A DNA stretch of 64,000 bases from Bdellovibrionales bacterium. GTDB taxonomy: Bacteria; Bdellovibrionota; Bdellovibrionia; Bdellovibrionales; UBA1609. The position numbers were made by a program, and so were the translations under genes. This document shows, piece by piece, positions 19,743 through 28,891 of the stretch. Under the pieces are notes generated by a model, which worked only from the letters and a program-made list of their open reading frames with translations, made no database searches and was not told the origin of the DNA. Each line of letters starts with the position of its first letter. Positions within the stretch are counted from its first letter, which is position 1. The stretch spans positions 24,293-88,292 of the forward strand of contig JBFWQY010000013.1 in NCBI GenBank assembly GCA_050249195.1, written 5' to 3'.

Positions 19743-20105
19743 CTGTTTTCAATTCTTTCCTTAAGTTACCTATAAATGTTCGCACCTAAAGTAAAACTAC
19801 GCAATAAATGGCCGCAGCTTCCGCGACTATTCGCCTAACCGAAAACCCCTTTGTCCTATCGGTAGGCCAAAAAACTTACTACATTGTAGGGCGGCGCATA
19901 AGTTCCTAAAAGGGGGGTTTTACTTTGTTCGCGCTCGTGCTCGAAGACCGGGCACTAAATTGAAGTTGTTCTTTATGCGGAGCAAGATAGCCCGAAAAAC
20001 GGATTCTCACCCCTGTTGCGGTCCCGTCAGAAAAGTCCGGGGTGGAGGTAGTTTCCTTGCATCCGCCACCCGGTTAGGGTTTAATAATTGACAAGAGGGA
20101 CAACG

Positions 20106-21017
20106 ATGCAGTTTGCAGCACATGAAACATTTCACATCAGAGACGGATGGCTTCACAAAGGTCTTTCGGTAATTTCAAAAAGACCGGATATTTTTTCTGA
20201 TCCTCATGCAACCGACACTTTCGGTGTCGGTCGGAACATGGTCGATGCTTTAAGGTATTGGTTAATCGCGGCGGATCTTGCAAAAGAGGAAAAGCTCAAA
20301 GAGGGCGAAGTAAAAACCGGAAATCGGTATGGCTTTACACCGCTTGGTAAACTGCTTTTCAAAAGAGATCGCTTCATCGAAGAAGATTTAAGTCTCTGGG
20401 CTTTGCACTACCATATCGCTACGAACAAGCAAAAGGCGACGAGCTGGTATTGGTTTTTCAATAAGCTGCCCGTAACTCGCTTTGATACGCAAACTTGTCT
20501 GAATTATCTTCTTCGATGGGTTGAACAGCTTGAGGGAAAAAGAAAGCCTAACATCACTTCTCTCCAGAAGGACATCAGCTGTCTTTTAAGAACCTATACA
20601 AAGGCACATGGTAAAAGGAAATCTGATTATTCCCCTGAAGACTCATTTGAGTGCCCTTTTGCTTCTCTGGGTTTGGTTGATTATCTAGAAAACTCTGATT
20701 CCTACAAAGTAAATTACGGCAAAAGAACAATTCCCGTTCATGCTTTTGCTTATGCGGTTTTGTGTTTTATGAAGGGCTCGGAACAAGCTCGAACAGAAGT
20801 TGGCTTTCAGGATTTACTTTCTTCCGAAGGCTCTCCTGGTCGCGCATTTCTACTCTCTTCAGAGGGGCTATTGAGCAATATTGATTTAATGATTGAGTCC
20901 TTTTCGAAGGAATTCTCTTTTTCCAAAACTGCCGGACTCAACACTCTCCGATTAAGAAAGGGAGATGTTCGCGCAATTGAAATTCTTGAAAGAGGTTACA
21001 TCGGGATGGACACATGA
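20106..21017 (+). CDS. sspB: DUF4007-like protein, SspB-type (PT-system nickase candidate)
   Basis: N-terminus MQFAAHETFHIRDGWLHKG matches my memory of the DUF4007 signature (HETF.lR.GWL.K). About 300 aa. Immediately precedes the large ATPase and the PAPS-reductase-like gene. Start refined to the ATG at 20106, which has an AAGAGGGA RBS. Confidence 0.7.
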   Translation: MQFAAHETFHIRDGWLHKGLSVISKRPDIFSDPHATDTFGVGRNMVDALRYWLIAADLAKEEKLKEGEVKTGNRYGFTPLGKLLFKRDRFIEEDLSLWALHYHIATNKQKATSWYWFFNKLPVTRFDTQTCLNYLLRWVEQLEGKRKPNITSLQKDISCLLRTYTKAHGKRKSDYSPEDSFECPFASLGLVDYLENSDSYKVNYGKRTIPVHAFAYAVLCFMKGSEQARTEVGFQDLLSSEGSPGRAFLLSSEGLLSNIDLMIESFSKEFSFSKTAGLNTLRLRKGDVRAIEILERGYIGMDT

Positions 21018-24000
21018 AAAAGCAAAGCAAAAAGAATTTCGATGTTAGAACCCTAAGATCAATAAACCTTGAAATGGATTTGCCGGAGCCGTCCAGACTT
21101 CTCGGCTATGTCCCGACCAGAAAGGCAGTCACTCTCAGTGCGGAAATCCTATCGAGCTTGATTGGAAAATCAAATGATCGGGCGTTTGCAATTTCGGCTC
21201 CGTATGGAAGCGGGAAATCGAGCGCGGCACTGTTCTGGTGTCAACTGTTAGAGCTAGGGAAAAAGCCTGCTGAACTGAAAGTTTTGTTCGAAGAAGCCAA
21301 GAAGAAAGATCGTCAGTCAGAAAAGGATGAAAGTGTTTTCTGTCAATGGGAGCGCCGAAAACCGAACGGCCTTGCAGTACCTATTGTCGGATTTGATGGC
21401 GGATCTATTCCAAATGTTATCTTTCAGGCTATTTTGAATTCCCTAGAACGCAATGGGCAGGGGGCGCTGGCTACAAAGCTAAAGAAATTGCCGAAAACAA
21501 TGGATGGACTTAAACACGCCATTGAATTGGTAACGGTCAGTTCCGGCAAATATGATGCTCTTCTCATTGTGTGGGATGAGTTTGGGAAAGTGCTAGAGAG
21601 AGCAACTCTTCAGGGCGATGGAAAGGCTCTTCTTGAGATTCAAATTCTTGCAGAATTCGCTTCACGTTCTCCTGCAGAATCACCGTTTGTATTTTGTATT
21701 TTAATGCACCAAACTTTTGCCAGATATTCGGCGTCTCTTCCTGGTTATGTACGCAACGAGTGGGCCAAAATTGAAGGTCGCTTCCGACAGATCAACTACA
21801 TAGAGGACAGCAAAGAAATCTATGAACTGATTTCGCAGGTTGTGTCCCGAAAATACGGGATTCCTGAAGAAAAGAAATCCGTATTCAAGGGTCTAGCCGA
21901 GCGTTGTCATGCCGTAGGCATGTTTAAGGAATTCGATCAGGAAGCTCTAACCGAATTACTTTGGTCTTCAGCGCCGTTGTCTCCGGTCTCTTTGTATCTC
22001 TTGCCCCGCGTTTCTGCGAGAGTTGCTCAGAATGAGAGAACGATGTTTTCATTCCTTTGGTCAGAGGAAACAACCGCGCTTCCGCAGCTCAAGAGAAAAT
22101 GGGTTGCACCATCAGATATATTTGATTTTTTCGCGGACCTCATGAGGATTGACACTTCTATTGGTGGTGCTCATAGGCTTTGGGTTGAAGCAAACTCCGC
22201 CTTAAAAAAGATCGAATCCGGCACAGAAGAAGATTTAGTTAAAGCGTTAGCCTGTATAAAAGTCGGAACATCATCCGGCAGTCTTGCGGGAACGACAAAG
22301 ATTCTTGAAATTGCATTCGGCGATCAAACTGAGGCTTCCACCAAAAAGCTCCACCAGGCGGTCAAATCTCTAGAGAAGAAGAAAGCTATTTTTCACAGGA
22401 AGCTCACCGGCGAATATTCTGTGTGGCAAGGTTCTGATGTCGATATTCGTGGCGCGGTCGAAGAGAACAAGGCCAAGCTCGTTGAAAGTTTGGATTTAAC
22501 AAAAGTTCTTACGAGAGACTTTGCTCCGCCATACCGATTCCCTCAAAGGCACAATGACATTCACTGCATTCGGCGCTATTTCGACGGGCGATATATTTTA
22601 TCCAACGAATTAGATTCGAGAGTCGCCTCGGAAACGGCAAATAATGACGGTTATCTTGATGGTCGCATCTACTACGTCATTGCTGAAACTGCAGAAGAAC
22701 TTCGCAAGGCTGTAAAGGCGGCTGAATCAGCAGCTGACGACAGGGTCCTATTTGCGATCCCCCAATTCCCATTGCACTTGCGAGAGGGATTGGCAGAACT
22801 TGAGGCTTACCACCAACTACTTGCCGATCCTGATTTTAGAAAACAGGATCCCATTGTCGAACAGGAACTAAAACAGCTCGCGGATGATAGCGAGCAACAC
22901 CTAAGAGTCCTCGTTTCAAAAATAATGCAGCCCTCAGTTGAAGGACCGATTTATTTTTGGAAAGGCCATGCTTACAAAGACGTTGATACGATGGGTGCTT
23001 TGAAGCGCCTGTTGTCGAAGGTGTGCGACAAAAACTATTCTCAAACACCAATTATCAACAACGAACTGATCAACAAAGCCGAACCATCTCCTCAAATTGT
23101 GAATGCGCGAAAGAGCATTATCCGTGGCATTTTTGAGAATTATGGAAAAGAGCAGTTGGGTCTTTCTGGATACGGTCCCGACGTTTCGGTATTTAGAGCG
23201 CTCTTTCTAAACACTGGCATTTACCGCAAACAAGCGTCTGGGTGGTCTTTTGCTCCAAAGGGTCGTGAGCTAGAAAACAAAGGGTTAAGTGAAGTTTGGC
23301 AGATTGGAATTGATTTCTGGTCTAAGCCGAGTCGCGTTCCGAAAGACCTCCGTTCTCTTCTGGCAAATTGGCAGTCGCCTCCGTTCGGTATGCGCCGGGG
23401 GATAATGCCACTTATCTTGGCTTCGAGCTTCCGATGTGCCGGAAGTCAGGCGCAGGTATTTGAAGACGGAATCTTTGTTACAGATTTTAAACCAGAAACT
23501 TTCGAGAGAATGGTCCGCACTCCACAGGCTTTCAATATCCTCGTTCCTGAACTGAAGAAGGACTTTATTGAATTCTTGGATAACGTAATCGATCTCTTTA
23601 CCGAATCAGAAAAACAAGTTCTATCTGGAGATCGAATTCGAGCTGCTGCTCAAGCGTTGATGGTATGGCTCAAGGACTTACCTCAAATTGCGAGGGAACG
23701 TGGAATGCTCTCTCCAGTGGTCGACGAATTTGTTTTAACGCTTCTTGAGGCCCGTGATCCCACGCTTCTTTTAAGCGAATCACTCAAGAAGAATTGGAGT
23801 TTGGACTCGTATTCTTTGGTTTTTCAAAAAATAGAAAAACTTAAAAAAGAGATAGAGGGCATCGAGAGTTCCTACTTTGACAAATGTAGAAGTACCTTGC
23901 TTGCCGCGATCCAGTTTGGGGCTACAAAAAACCTTAATTCTTTTTATCAGAAGTGGATTGAAACTCTTCCGGGTATGGATTCCGATGAATTGAGAAAGAG

Positions 24001-24364
24001 GTATCTCACGGATAAGCGCGCAGCGGGACTGATTAGTAGAATTGAACAAGGGTATTCAACAGAAAATCTCTTCGTGATGAGTCTGGCCGAGCTATTCGCT
24101 GAAAAGCCGCTCAAATTTTGGAACTCTTCAAGCCTAAGCATTTTCGAAGTAAATCTACATCAGACCATTCGTTGGATGGAGGATCTGGCAGACGATATTG
24201 ACCTTGAAACTTGGCGGCACAGTTCTTCCGACAGTAGCGGTGCTGGGAAGTGGATTGAGAAGAGGGTTAGAAATCAATTCGAACGAGTTGTTCAGCGTTT
24301 AGGAAAAAAGGAAGCTAAGAAATTCGTTGAGCGTGTCATGGAAAGTCTTGGAGAAGGTCCATGA
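21014..24364 (+). CDS. sspC: Large P-loop ATPase, SspC-type
   Basis: 1116 aa. Walker A SAPYGSGKSS and Walker B LLIVWDEFGK. Position between the DUF4007 and PP-loop genes. ATGA-type overlaps at both ends. Confidence 0.7.
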   Translation: MKKQSKKNFDVRTLRSINLEMDLPEPSRLLGYVPTRKAVTLSAEILSSLIGKSNDRAFAISAPYGSGKSSAALFWCQLLELGKKPAELKVLFEEAKKKDRQSEKDESVFCQWERRKPNGLAVPIVGFDGGSIPNVIFQAILNSLERNGQGALATKLKKLPKTMDGLKHAIELVTVSSGKYDALLIVWDEFGKVLERATLQGDGKALLEIQILAEFASRSPAESPFVFCILMHQTFARYSASLPGYVRNEWAKIEGRFRQINYIEDSKEIYELISQVVSRKYGIPEEKKSVFKGLAERCHAVGMFKEFDQEALTELLWSSAPLSPVSLYLLPRVSARVAQNERTMFSFLWSEETTALPQLKRKWVAPSDIFDFFADLMRIDTSIGGAHRLWVEANSALKKIESGTEEDLVKALACIKVGTSSGSLAGTTKILEIAFGDQTEASTKKLHQAVKSLEKKKAIFHRKLTGEYSVWQGSDVDIRGAVEENKAKLVESLDLTKVLTRDFAPPYRFPQRHNDIHCIRRYFDGRYILSNELDSRVASETANNDGYLDGRIYYVIAETAEELRKAVKAAESAADDRVLFAIPQFPLHLREGLAELEAYHQLLADPDFRKQDPIVEQELKQLADDSEQHLRVLVSKIMQPSVEGPIYFWKGHAYKDVDTMGALKRLLSKVCDKNYSQTPIINNELINKAEPSPQIVNARKSIIRGIFENYGKEQLGLSGYGPDVSVFRALFLNTGIYRKQASGWSFAPKGRELENKGLSEVWQIGIDFWSKPSRVPKDLRSLLANWQSPPFGMRRGIMPLILASSFRCAGSQAQVFEDGIFVTDFKPETFERMVRTPQAFNILVPELKKDFIEFLDNVIDLFTESEKQVLSGDRIRAAAQALMVWLKDLPQIARERGMLSPVVDEFVLTLLEARDPTLLLSESLKKNWSLDSYSLVFQKIEKLKKEIEGIESSYFDKCRSTLLAAIQFGATKNLNSFYQKWIETLPGMDSDELRKRYLTDKRAAGLISRIEQGYSTENLFVMSLAELFAEKPLKFWNSSSLSIFEVNLHQTIRWMEDLADDIDLETWRHSSSDSSGAGKWIEKRVRNQFERVVQRLGKKEAKKFVERVMESLGEGP

Positions 24365-25149
24365 AGAAAACACGGCATATTCTAGGATTGTCAGGGGGCA
24401 AAGACAGTACAGCACTTGCGATCTATATGAGAGATAAAGTCCCCAATATGGAGTATGTTTTCACCGATACCGGGGCCGAACTTCCTGAAACCTACGAGTT
24501 TCTTGAAAAGCTAGAAGCATTCCTTGGAAAGAAAGTTGTACGCCTCAATGCTGAGACCGCCTTTGATGATTTGCTCGAAAGAAAAAATGGCTATCTGCCC
24601 TCGCCACGCGCCCGTTGGTGTACGGTCGCATTGAAGATCGTGCCATTTGAGAAATATGTCGGTGATGACGATGTCTACAGCTACGTCGGGATTCGTGCTG
24701 ATGAAAATCGTTCTGGTTATGTCTCATCAAAGCCAAACATTAAGCCTGTTTTTCCGTTCAAAGAAGCTGGAATCACTCTCAAAGAGGTTCAAGAGATTCT
24801 AGACACCGCAGGCGTCGGCCTTCCGAAATACTATGAATGGCGCAGTCGATCTGGATGCTACTTTTGTTTTTTTCAGCAGAGAAAAGAATGGGTTGGGTTA
24901 CTCCGTCGGCATCCTGATCTTTATGAAAAGGCCAAGGCTTACGAGAAAACCCAAGGCGATAAGAAGTTTACCTGGGTTGAGGGATCAACTCTGAAAGATG
25001 TAGAGCGCAATGCTGATGAGATCATGCGAAGAGCTGACGAGAAGGCCCTCAAAGAAGAGAAGAATAAAAAGAAGCTAACACTTTTTGAAATATTAAACTC
25101 TGAGACTGAAGACAAGAACGATCAGTCCTGCTTGATTTGCGAACTCTGA
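24361..25149 (+). CDS. sspD: PAPS-reductase-family PP-loop ATP pyrophosphatase, SspD/DndC-like
   Basis: PP-loop LGLSGGKDSTALAIYM. Conserved Cys motifs (ARWCT, SGCYFCFF, CLICE). Confidence 0.85.
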   Translation: MKKTRHILGLSGGKDSTALAIYMRDKVPNMEYVFTDTGAELPETYEFLEKLEAFLGKKVVRLNAETAFDDLLERKNGYLPSPRARWCTVALKIVPFEKYVGDDDVYSYVGIRADENRSGYVSSKPNIKPVFPFKEAGITLKEVQEILDTAGVGLPKYYEWRSRSGCYFCFFQQRKEWVGLLRRHPDLYEKAKAYEKTQGDKKFTWVEGSTLKDVERNADEIMRRADEKALKEEKNKKKLTLFEILNSETEDKNDQSCLICEL

Positions 25150-26339
25150 TGGAAATTGATGTCTCAAACTCTTTTCATAGGCAAGAAACACCCTTAGATT
25201 TCGAAGGCGTCTCTCCCTTTTATTGCGACTACAATGCGACCACTCCAATTCCATCAAAGCTCATTCGAGCAACATCAAAAATCTATGCATCCCATTGGTT
25301 TAATCTGAGTGCTCCTTATGGGTCTGCCAACGATGAAAATCAGTGGATGAATCAAATGCGGTATAAATTCTCTGCTTTATCGGGAGATCGAGAGGCAAAG
25401 GTCGTATTTTGTGCTTCATCAACAGAGGCTATTAACCAAGCGATCTACTCTCTATCGTTAGAGCTGGGGTCCGAAGGAAAGATTGTAATTTCTGACATTG
25501 AGCACTCGGCGGTTCGTGCCGCCGCTGAGAAGTGGTTTTCCAATAGAGTTGTCATTATCTCCGCGAAGCAAATTCTTTCGGGTGATTTTTCTGAGGTGGT
25601 CAGAATCACCGAGAACGCCCAATCCTTCGCAGTATTTATTCAAGCGGGCAATAACGAAACTGGCGTAATTCTTCCTCTTACAGAGCTTCGCAAGCATATA
25701 TCTGGCCATCGATTGATTGTGGACGCTTCCCAAGTATTCGGAAAGAACGAAGACTTTGTTGATCAACTCAGCATTGCTGATGGCGCGATTATTTCTCCAC
25801 ACAAATTTTACGGGCCTAAGGGTGTAGGGGTTTTGATTTGGAAAAAGAGCCTCGGCACACTCCATCCTCTGATAGTTGGAGGTGGTCAAGAACATGGACT
25901 TCGTTCGGGAACAGAAAATACTCCTGCCCTATATCTGACAAATTTGTGGTTACAAAGTCTTCCCGAAATAATGGAAGCGTTTAGTCCTGTTTCTGAGTTT
26001 TGCTCTGCTTTTGAAAAACACCTCACTGAGCATTGCCCTAACGCTAAAGTTGTTGGATCAGAATATGACCGACTCAGAAATACGACCGCAATTTGTTTTT
26101 CTGGTGTCTTGTCGGACCATATTGTTCCAGCGTTAGACTACGCAGGTATATCGGCGTCGTCGGGTTCCGCGTGTAATTACGGAACTCAAGAGCCAAGCAG
26201 AAGCTACTTATCGCTCGGTCTATCTTGGGATGATGCTCGCTGCGTGATCAGATTTTCTTTTGGATGTCCTAATCTCAAAACGACCCCCACAACTTTAGCT
26301 GACAACGTAACTCAGGTCATAAAGAAGGTTTCAGGGTAA
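25149..26339 (+). CDS. sspA: Class V aminotransferase / cysteine desulfurase (IscS/NifS/DndA-like)
   Basis: PLP-lysine motif ISPHKFYGPKGVGVL. Catalytic-Cys loop SSGSACNYG. Start taken at the ATG at 25149 (TGATG overlap with sspD). The ORF track's alternative TTG start is at 25137. Confidence 0.85.
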   Translation: MEIDVSNSFHRQETPLDFEGVSPFYCDYNATTPIPSKLIRATSKIYASHWFNLSAPYGSANDENQWMNQMRYKFSALSGDREAKVVFCASSTEAINQAIYSLSLELGSEGKIVISDIEHSAVRAAAEKWFSNRVVIISAKQILSGDFSEVVRITENAQSFAVFIQAGNNETGVILPLTELRKHISGHRLIVDASQVFGKNEDFVDQLSIADGAIISPHKFYGPKGVGVLIWKKSLGTLHPLIVGGGQEHGLRSGTENTPALYLTNLWLQSLPEIMEAFSPVSEFCSAFEKHLTEHCPNAKVVGSEYDRLRNTTAICFSGVLSDHIVPALDYAGISASSGSACNYGTQEPSRSYLSLGLSWDDARCVIRFSFGCPNLKTTPTTLADNVTQVIKKVSG

Positions 26340-27781
26340 TGATGGCGGCTTCGGAAATTCGCAATCATAGGCATAAGACCGCTATGAGGCGAAATGCCCT
26401 CTCCCGTCCAGTTAGTGCAGCAATCAAGGATAGAGTTCTTAAGCCACAGAAATCATTTTTTGACTATGGATGTGGCTATGGCTCTGACATTGAAATTTTG
26501 AAAGCTAGTGGCTTTGCGCCAAGTGGGTGGGATCCATTTTACTTTCCGAAAAATCAAAAGGTTTCCTCTGAAATAGTAAACCTCGGCTTTGTCTTAAATG
26601 TCATTGAGGACCCCAACGAACGTGCTTCGGTTTTGAAGGATGCTTTCGACTTAGCGACCGAGTGTCTTATTGCATCCGTTAGAATCGATTCGGCCTTCTT
26701 CGAAGATTGTTTTGGCGATGGTGCAATCACTAAAGATGGGACTTTCCAAAAAATCTATTCTCAAGCTGAGTTCAGGGCATTTGTTGAATCTATTCTTGGA
26801 AAGAAAATCTACTTTACTGAGCCAGGAATCGGGTATGTCTTTAAATCAGACGTTCTTGAGCATGAGTTTAAGTCGAACCGCTACCTAAATCGACTCACCA
26901 ACCATGACGAAGCAATTCTTAAGAAAATTCAGGAAGCAATTGATGCCGATAAAATTGCCCGCCTAATTGAAGATTTAGGCAGAATTCCTGGGCCTGGCGA
27001 AATATCGGAATTGGCCTTTCTTGGTAAGAAAAAGTTCAAAGACTTCATTGAATCGACAGTTCTTCCGTCGCTTAACAAGGAACGATTTGAATCCAGTCGT
27101 GAGAGAATTCGACAGGATCTCTTGCAGGCTTTGGCGATGACCCGCATTGAGAATAGATCCTTCATGCCTCAAAAGGAATTGTCGGCTGAATTTCAGCAGG
27201 CCGTTAAAGAAATGTTCGGAGAGTATCGGGAAGCATGTCGTCTTTCTGAAGAAATGCTTTTCCGTTTAGGTAAAGAAGGGGAAGTTTCAAAGGCCGCCAA
27301 GTCTTCTGTTGTTGGAAAGCTTCTCCCAGAAGACCTTTACGTCCATCGAAGTGCTGTTGAATATATTCCTGGTCTTTTGAAGCTCATGCTTTCTTTGGGG
27401 GAAAGCATTGTTGGGCGAGCCAACTCCGACTTAATCAAATTCAGTCTTCATGGAAAGAGCATGAGTTTCCTCTTTTATGGAAGCTTTGACGAGGATCCCC
27501 ACCCTGCACTTCAGGGAAGCATTCGTGTGGATTTCCGAACCGGAAAAAATCAAGTTCGGGACTATTCGAAATCTGAGAATTCACCAATACTGCATCGTAA
27601 AGAAACCTTAGTGCTACCCTCTTATGAGCACTACGAAAGATTTAAAAAATTAACGGAACAGGAAGAGGCCGCAGGACTTCTTGGAGGTGCAGGCATCGGT
27701 TTCCGTAAACAATGGGATGAGCTTCTAAAGCAGTCTGGTTACTTTCTTGATGGCCACACTCTAAAGACGCTCTTGTCATAA
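26339..27781 (+). CDS. SAM-dependent methyltransferase-like protein (resembles the 'DNA phosphorothioation-associated putative methyltransferase' family) with a long C-terminal extension
   Basis: 480 aa. Motif I FFDYGCGYGSDI, then GWDP and NLGFVLNVIED. No DPPY/NPPY/SPPY motif. N-terminus RHKTAMRRNALSRP matches my memory of that family. Overlaps the sspA stop. Confidence 0.65.
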   Translation: MMAASEIRNHRHKTAMRRNALSRPVSAAIKDRVLKPQKSFFDYGCGYGSDIEILKASGFAPSGWDPFYFPKNQKVSSEIVNLGFVLNVIEDPNERASVLKDAFDLATECLIASVRIDSAFFEDCFGDGAITKDGTFQKIYSQAEFRAFVESILGKKIYFTEPGIGYVFKSDVLEHEFKSNRYLNRLTNHDEAILKKIQEAIDADKIARLIEDLGRIPGPGEISELAFLGKKKFKDFIESTVLPSLNKERFESSRERIRQDLLQALAMTRIENRSFMPQKELSAEFQQAVKEMFGEYREACRLSEEMLFRLGKEGEVSKAAKSSVVGKLLPEDLYVHRSAVEYIPGLLKLMLSLGESIVGRANSDLIKFSLHGKSMSFLFYGSFDEDPHPALQGSIRVDFRTGKNQVRDYSKSENSPILHRKETLVLPSYEHYERFKKLTEQEEAAGLLGGAGIGFRKQWDELLKQSGYFLDGHTLKTLLS

Positions 27782-27846
27782 AAAATGGAAGCGTCTTTGA
27801 AACTTTATCTCGAATTCCTTCCGGCAATTGGTGCAAACCTTTTGAA

Positions 27847-28047
27847 TCATGTGCTTACCTCTTCTTTTCTAAATTGGTATTGCCAAGGCAATAACAAATA
27901 ATCTGCATCAGCAATGCGGAACGACTTAGTCCATTTTCTTTTGCCATTTTTTCGAATGCTGCTTTTTCGCCCCGTGAGTTTGGTTGACACATGAATTGAT
28001 TCTTTATCTTTTCGCGTATTGGTTTGTGGTTTCACTTGAAAATTCAT
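27847..28047 (-). CDS. Small, very basic hypothetical protein (66 aa)
   Basis: Start MNFQVKPQTNTRKDKE is preceded by an AAAGGAGAAG RBS. No recognisable motif. Lies in the island/prophage junction. Confidence 0.3.
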   Translation of the reverse strand: MNFQVKPQTNTRKDKESIHVSTKLTGRKSSIRKNGKRKWTKSFRIADADYLLLPWQYQFRKEEVST

Positions 28048-28891
28048 TTTAGCTTCTCCTTTATTTTTTCGATTGAACACATAGCGTTGTCAGGATCTCA
28101 ATTCAATTAACACAACGTAGTAGAAACCCCTTTTGAAAAAAATGTGGCGCGGATTTGAGAGAGGGATGCCACCGGAAAAAACGAAAATTTTCCCCATTTT
28201 CCGTGATAGGGGTGGGGGTCTATCCCTTTGATTCGTCTACACTAAGCCAACTGAGACCCGCCTCGTGCGTCTGCTTGCGCTTCTCGCGCCCGATAGTCGC
28301 CACGATCCGCGTACTTGCCTTGCTCCACTACGGGACTCCTTAACTTCGAATATAGGCGCATACTTAGTCTTAGGCTTGATGATGTCCGCAAATAGGTAAA
28401 AGCGGACGTACTACTTGCGCGACACCTTTGGGGAATCTGTGGCGACTCTGTCGTTATGCCCTTGGCTGACCACCGAGTAGTCGATCTCTATTGGGACTTT
28501 TTCCTGGGCCGTCCTAGAAAAAGACTCTCCCGAATAGGACGCCAGGTAACCCAAACCAACCCCCGTCCACGCGGCCTTCAACTCTAACACCCAAGTCTTA
28601 GCGACCTTAACCAATCGTAAAGGCTGACCTATTTACCCACTTGAATACGCTGGGCATTTTAGTTTTAATCCCTAAGCATAGTGTTGGGGTTAGCGCCGTC
28701 TTACCCTATGGCGAGCCGTTACCAACCGTTTTCTATCCGAACCACTTTAGTCTTAACTCAACACCCATTTAAGATTCCGACAGATAGCCCGACGTTAGGC
28801 CCGCTCGTATGCAGCAGCGCAATAGGAATCGCGTGGACAAGTTGGTGGATAATGCTCACAACTCCGGCAAATGTCAGGGCCGTGTTTGGCT

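Larger units (their letters stand above)
14407..27781. other. Defence island: two divergent operons (PLD/helicase/GHKL/Cas4-like on minus; sspB-sspC-sspD-sspA plus MTase-like on plus)
   Basis: Gene content is given in the entries below. Genes within each operon have 1-4 nt overlaps or gaps of at most 22 nt. A 345-363 bp divergent intergenic region sits at 19743-20105. Confidence 0.8.

Noticed and set aside
20025-20045. GAAAAGTCCGGGG resembles the RNase P RNA P4 strand (GAGGAAAGTCCGGGC).
   Set aside because: No matching 3' P4 half (ACAGAACCCGGCTTA-like) and no other RNase P elements are nearby. The word is part of a local hairpin in the ssp control region.
26277-26281. My manual count of an A-run near the end of sspA suggested a possible +1 frameshift (stop at about 26303) and a 1-nt offset of the sspA/MTase junction.
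   Set aside because: The supplied ORF track reads through to 26339, and its coordinates are internally consistent (1203 and 1443 nt). The error is most likely in my hand count of the homopolymer.
28144-28175. The reverse complement reads ...GGCATCCCTCTCTCAAATCCGCGCCA, which resembles a tRNA/tmRNA T-loop (TCAAATCC) plus a CCA end at the prophage junction.
   Set aside because: Only 3 nt separate the T-loop-like word from CCA. No complementary T-stem or 7-bp acceptor stem can be drawn. At best it is a fragment.
28209-28345. tmRNA-like features on the plus strand: a GGGG... start, GATTCG, and GATAGTCGC followed by a short reading frame ending in TAA.
   Set aside because: The frame encodes ...VLALLHYGTP rather than an ...ALAA-type tag. 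No tRNA-like 3' domain with CCACCA follows.
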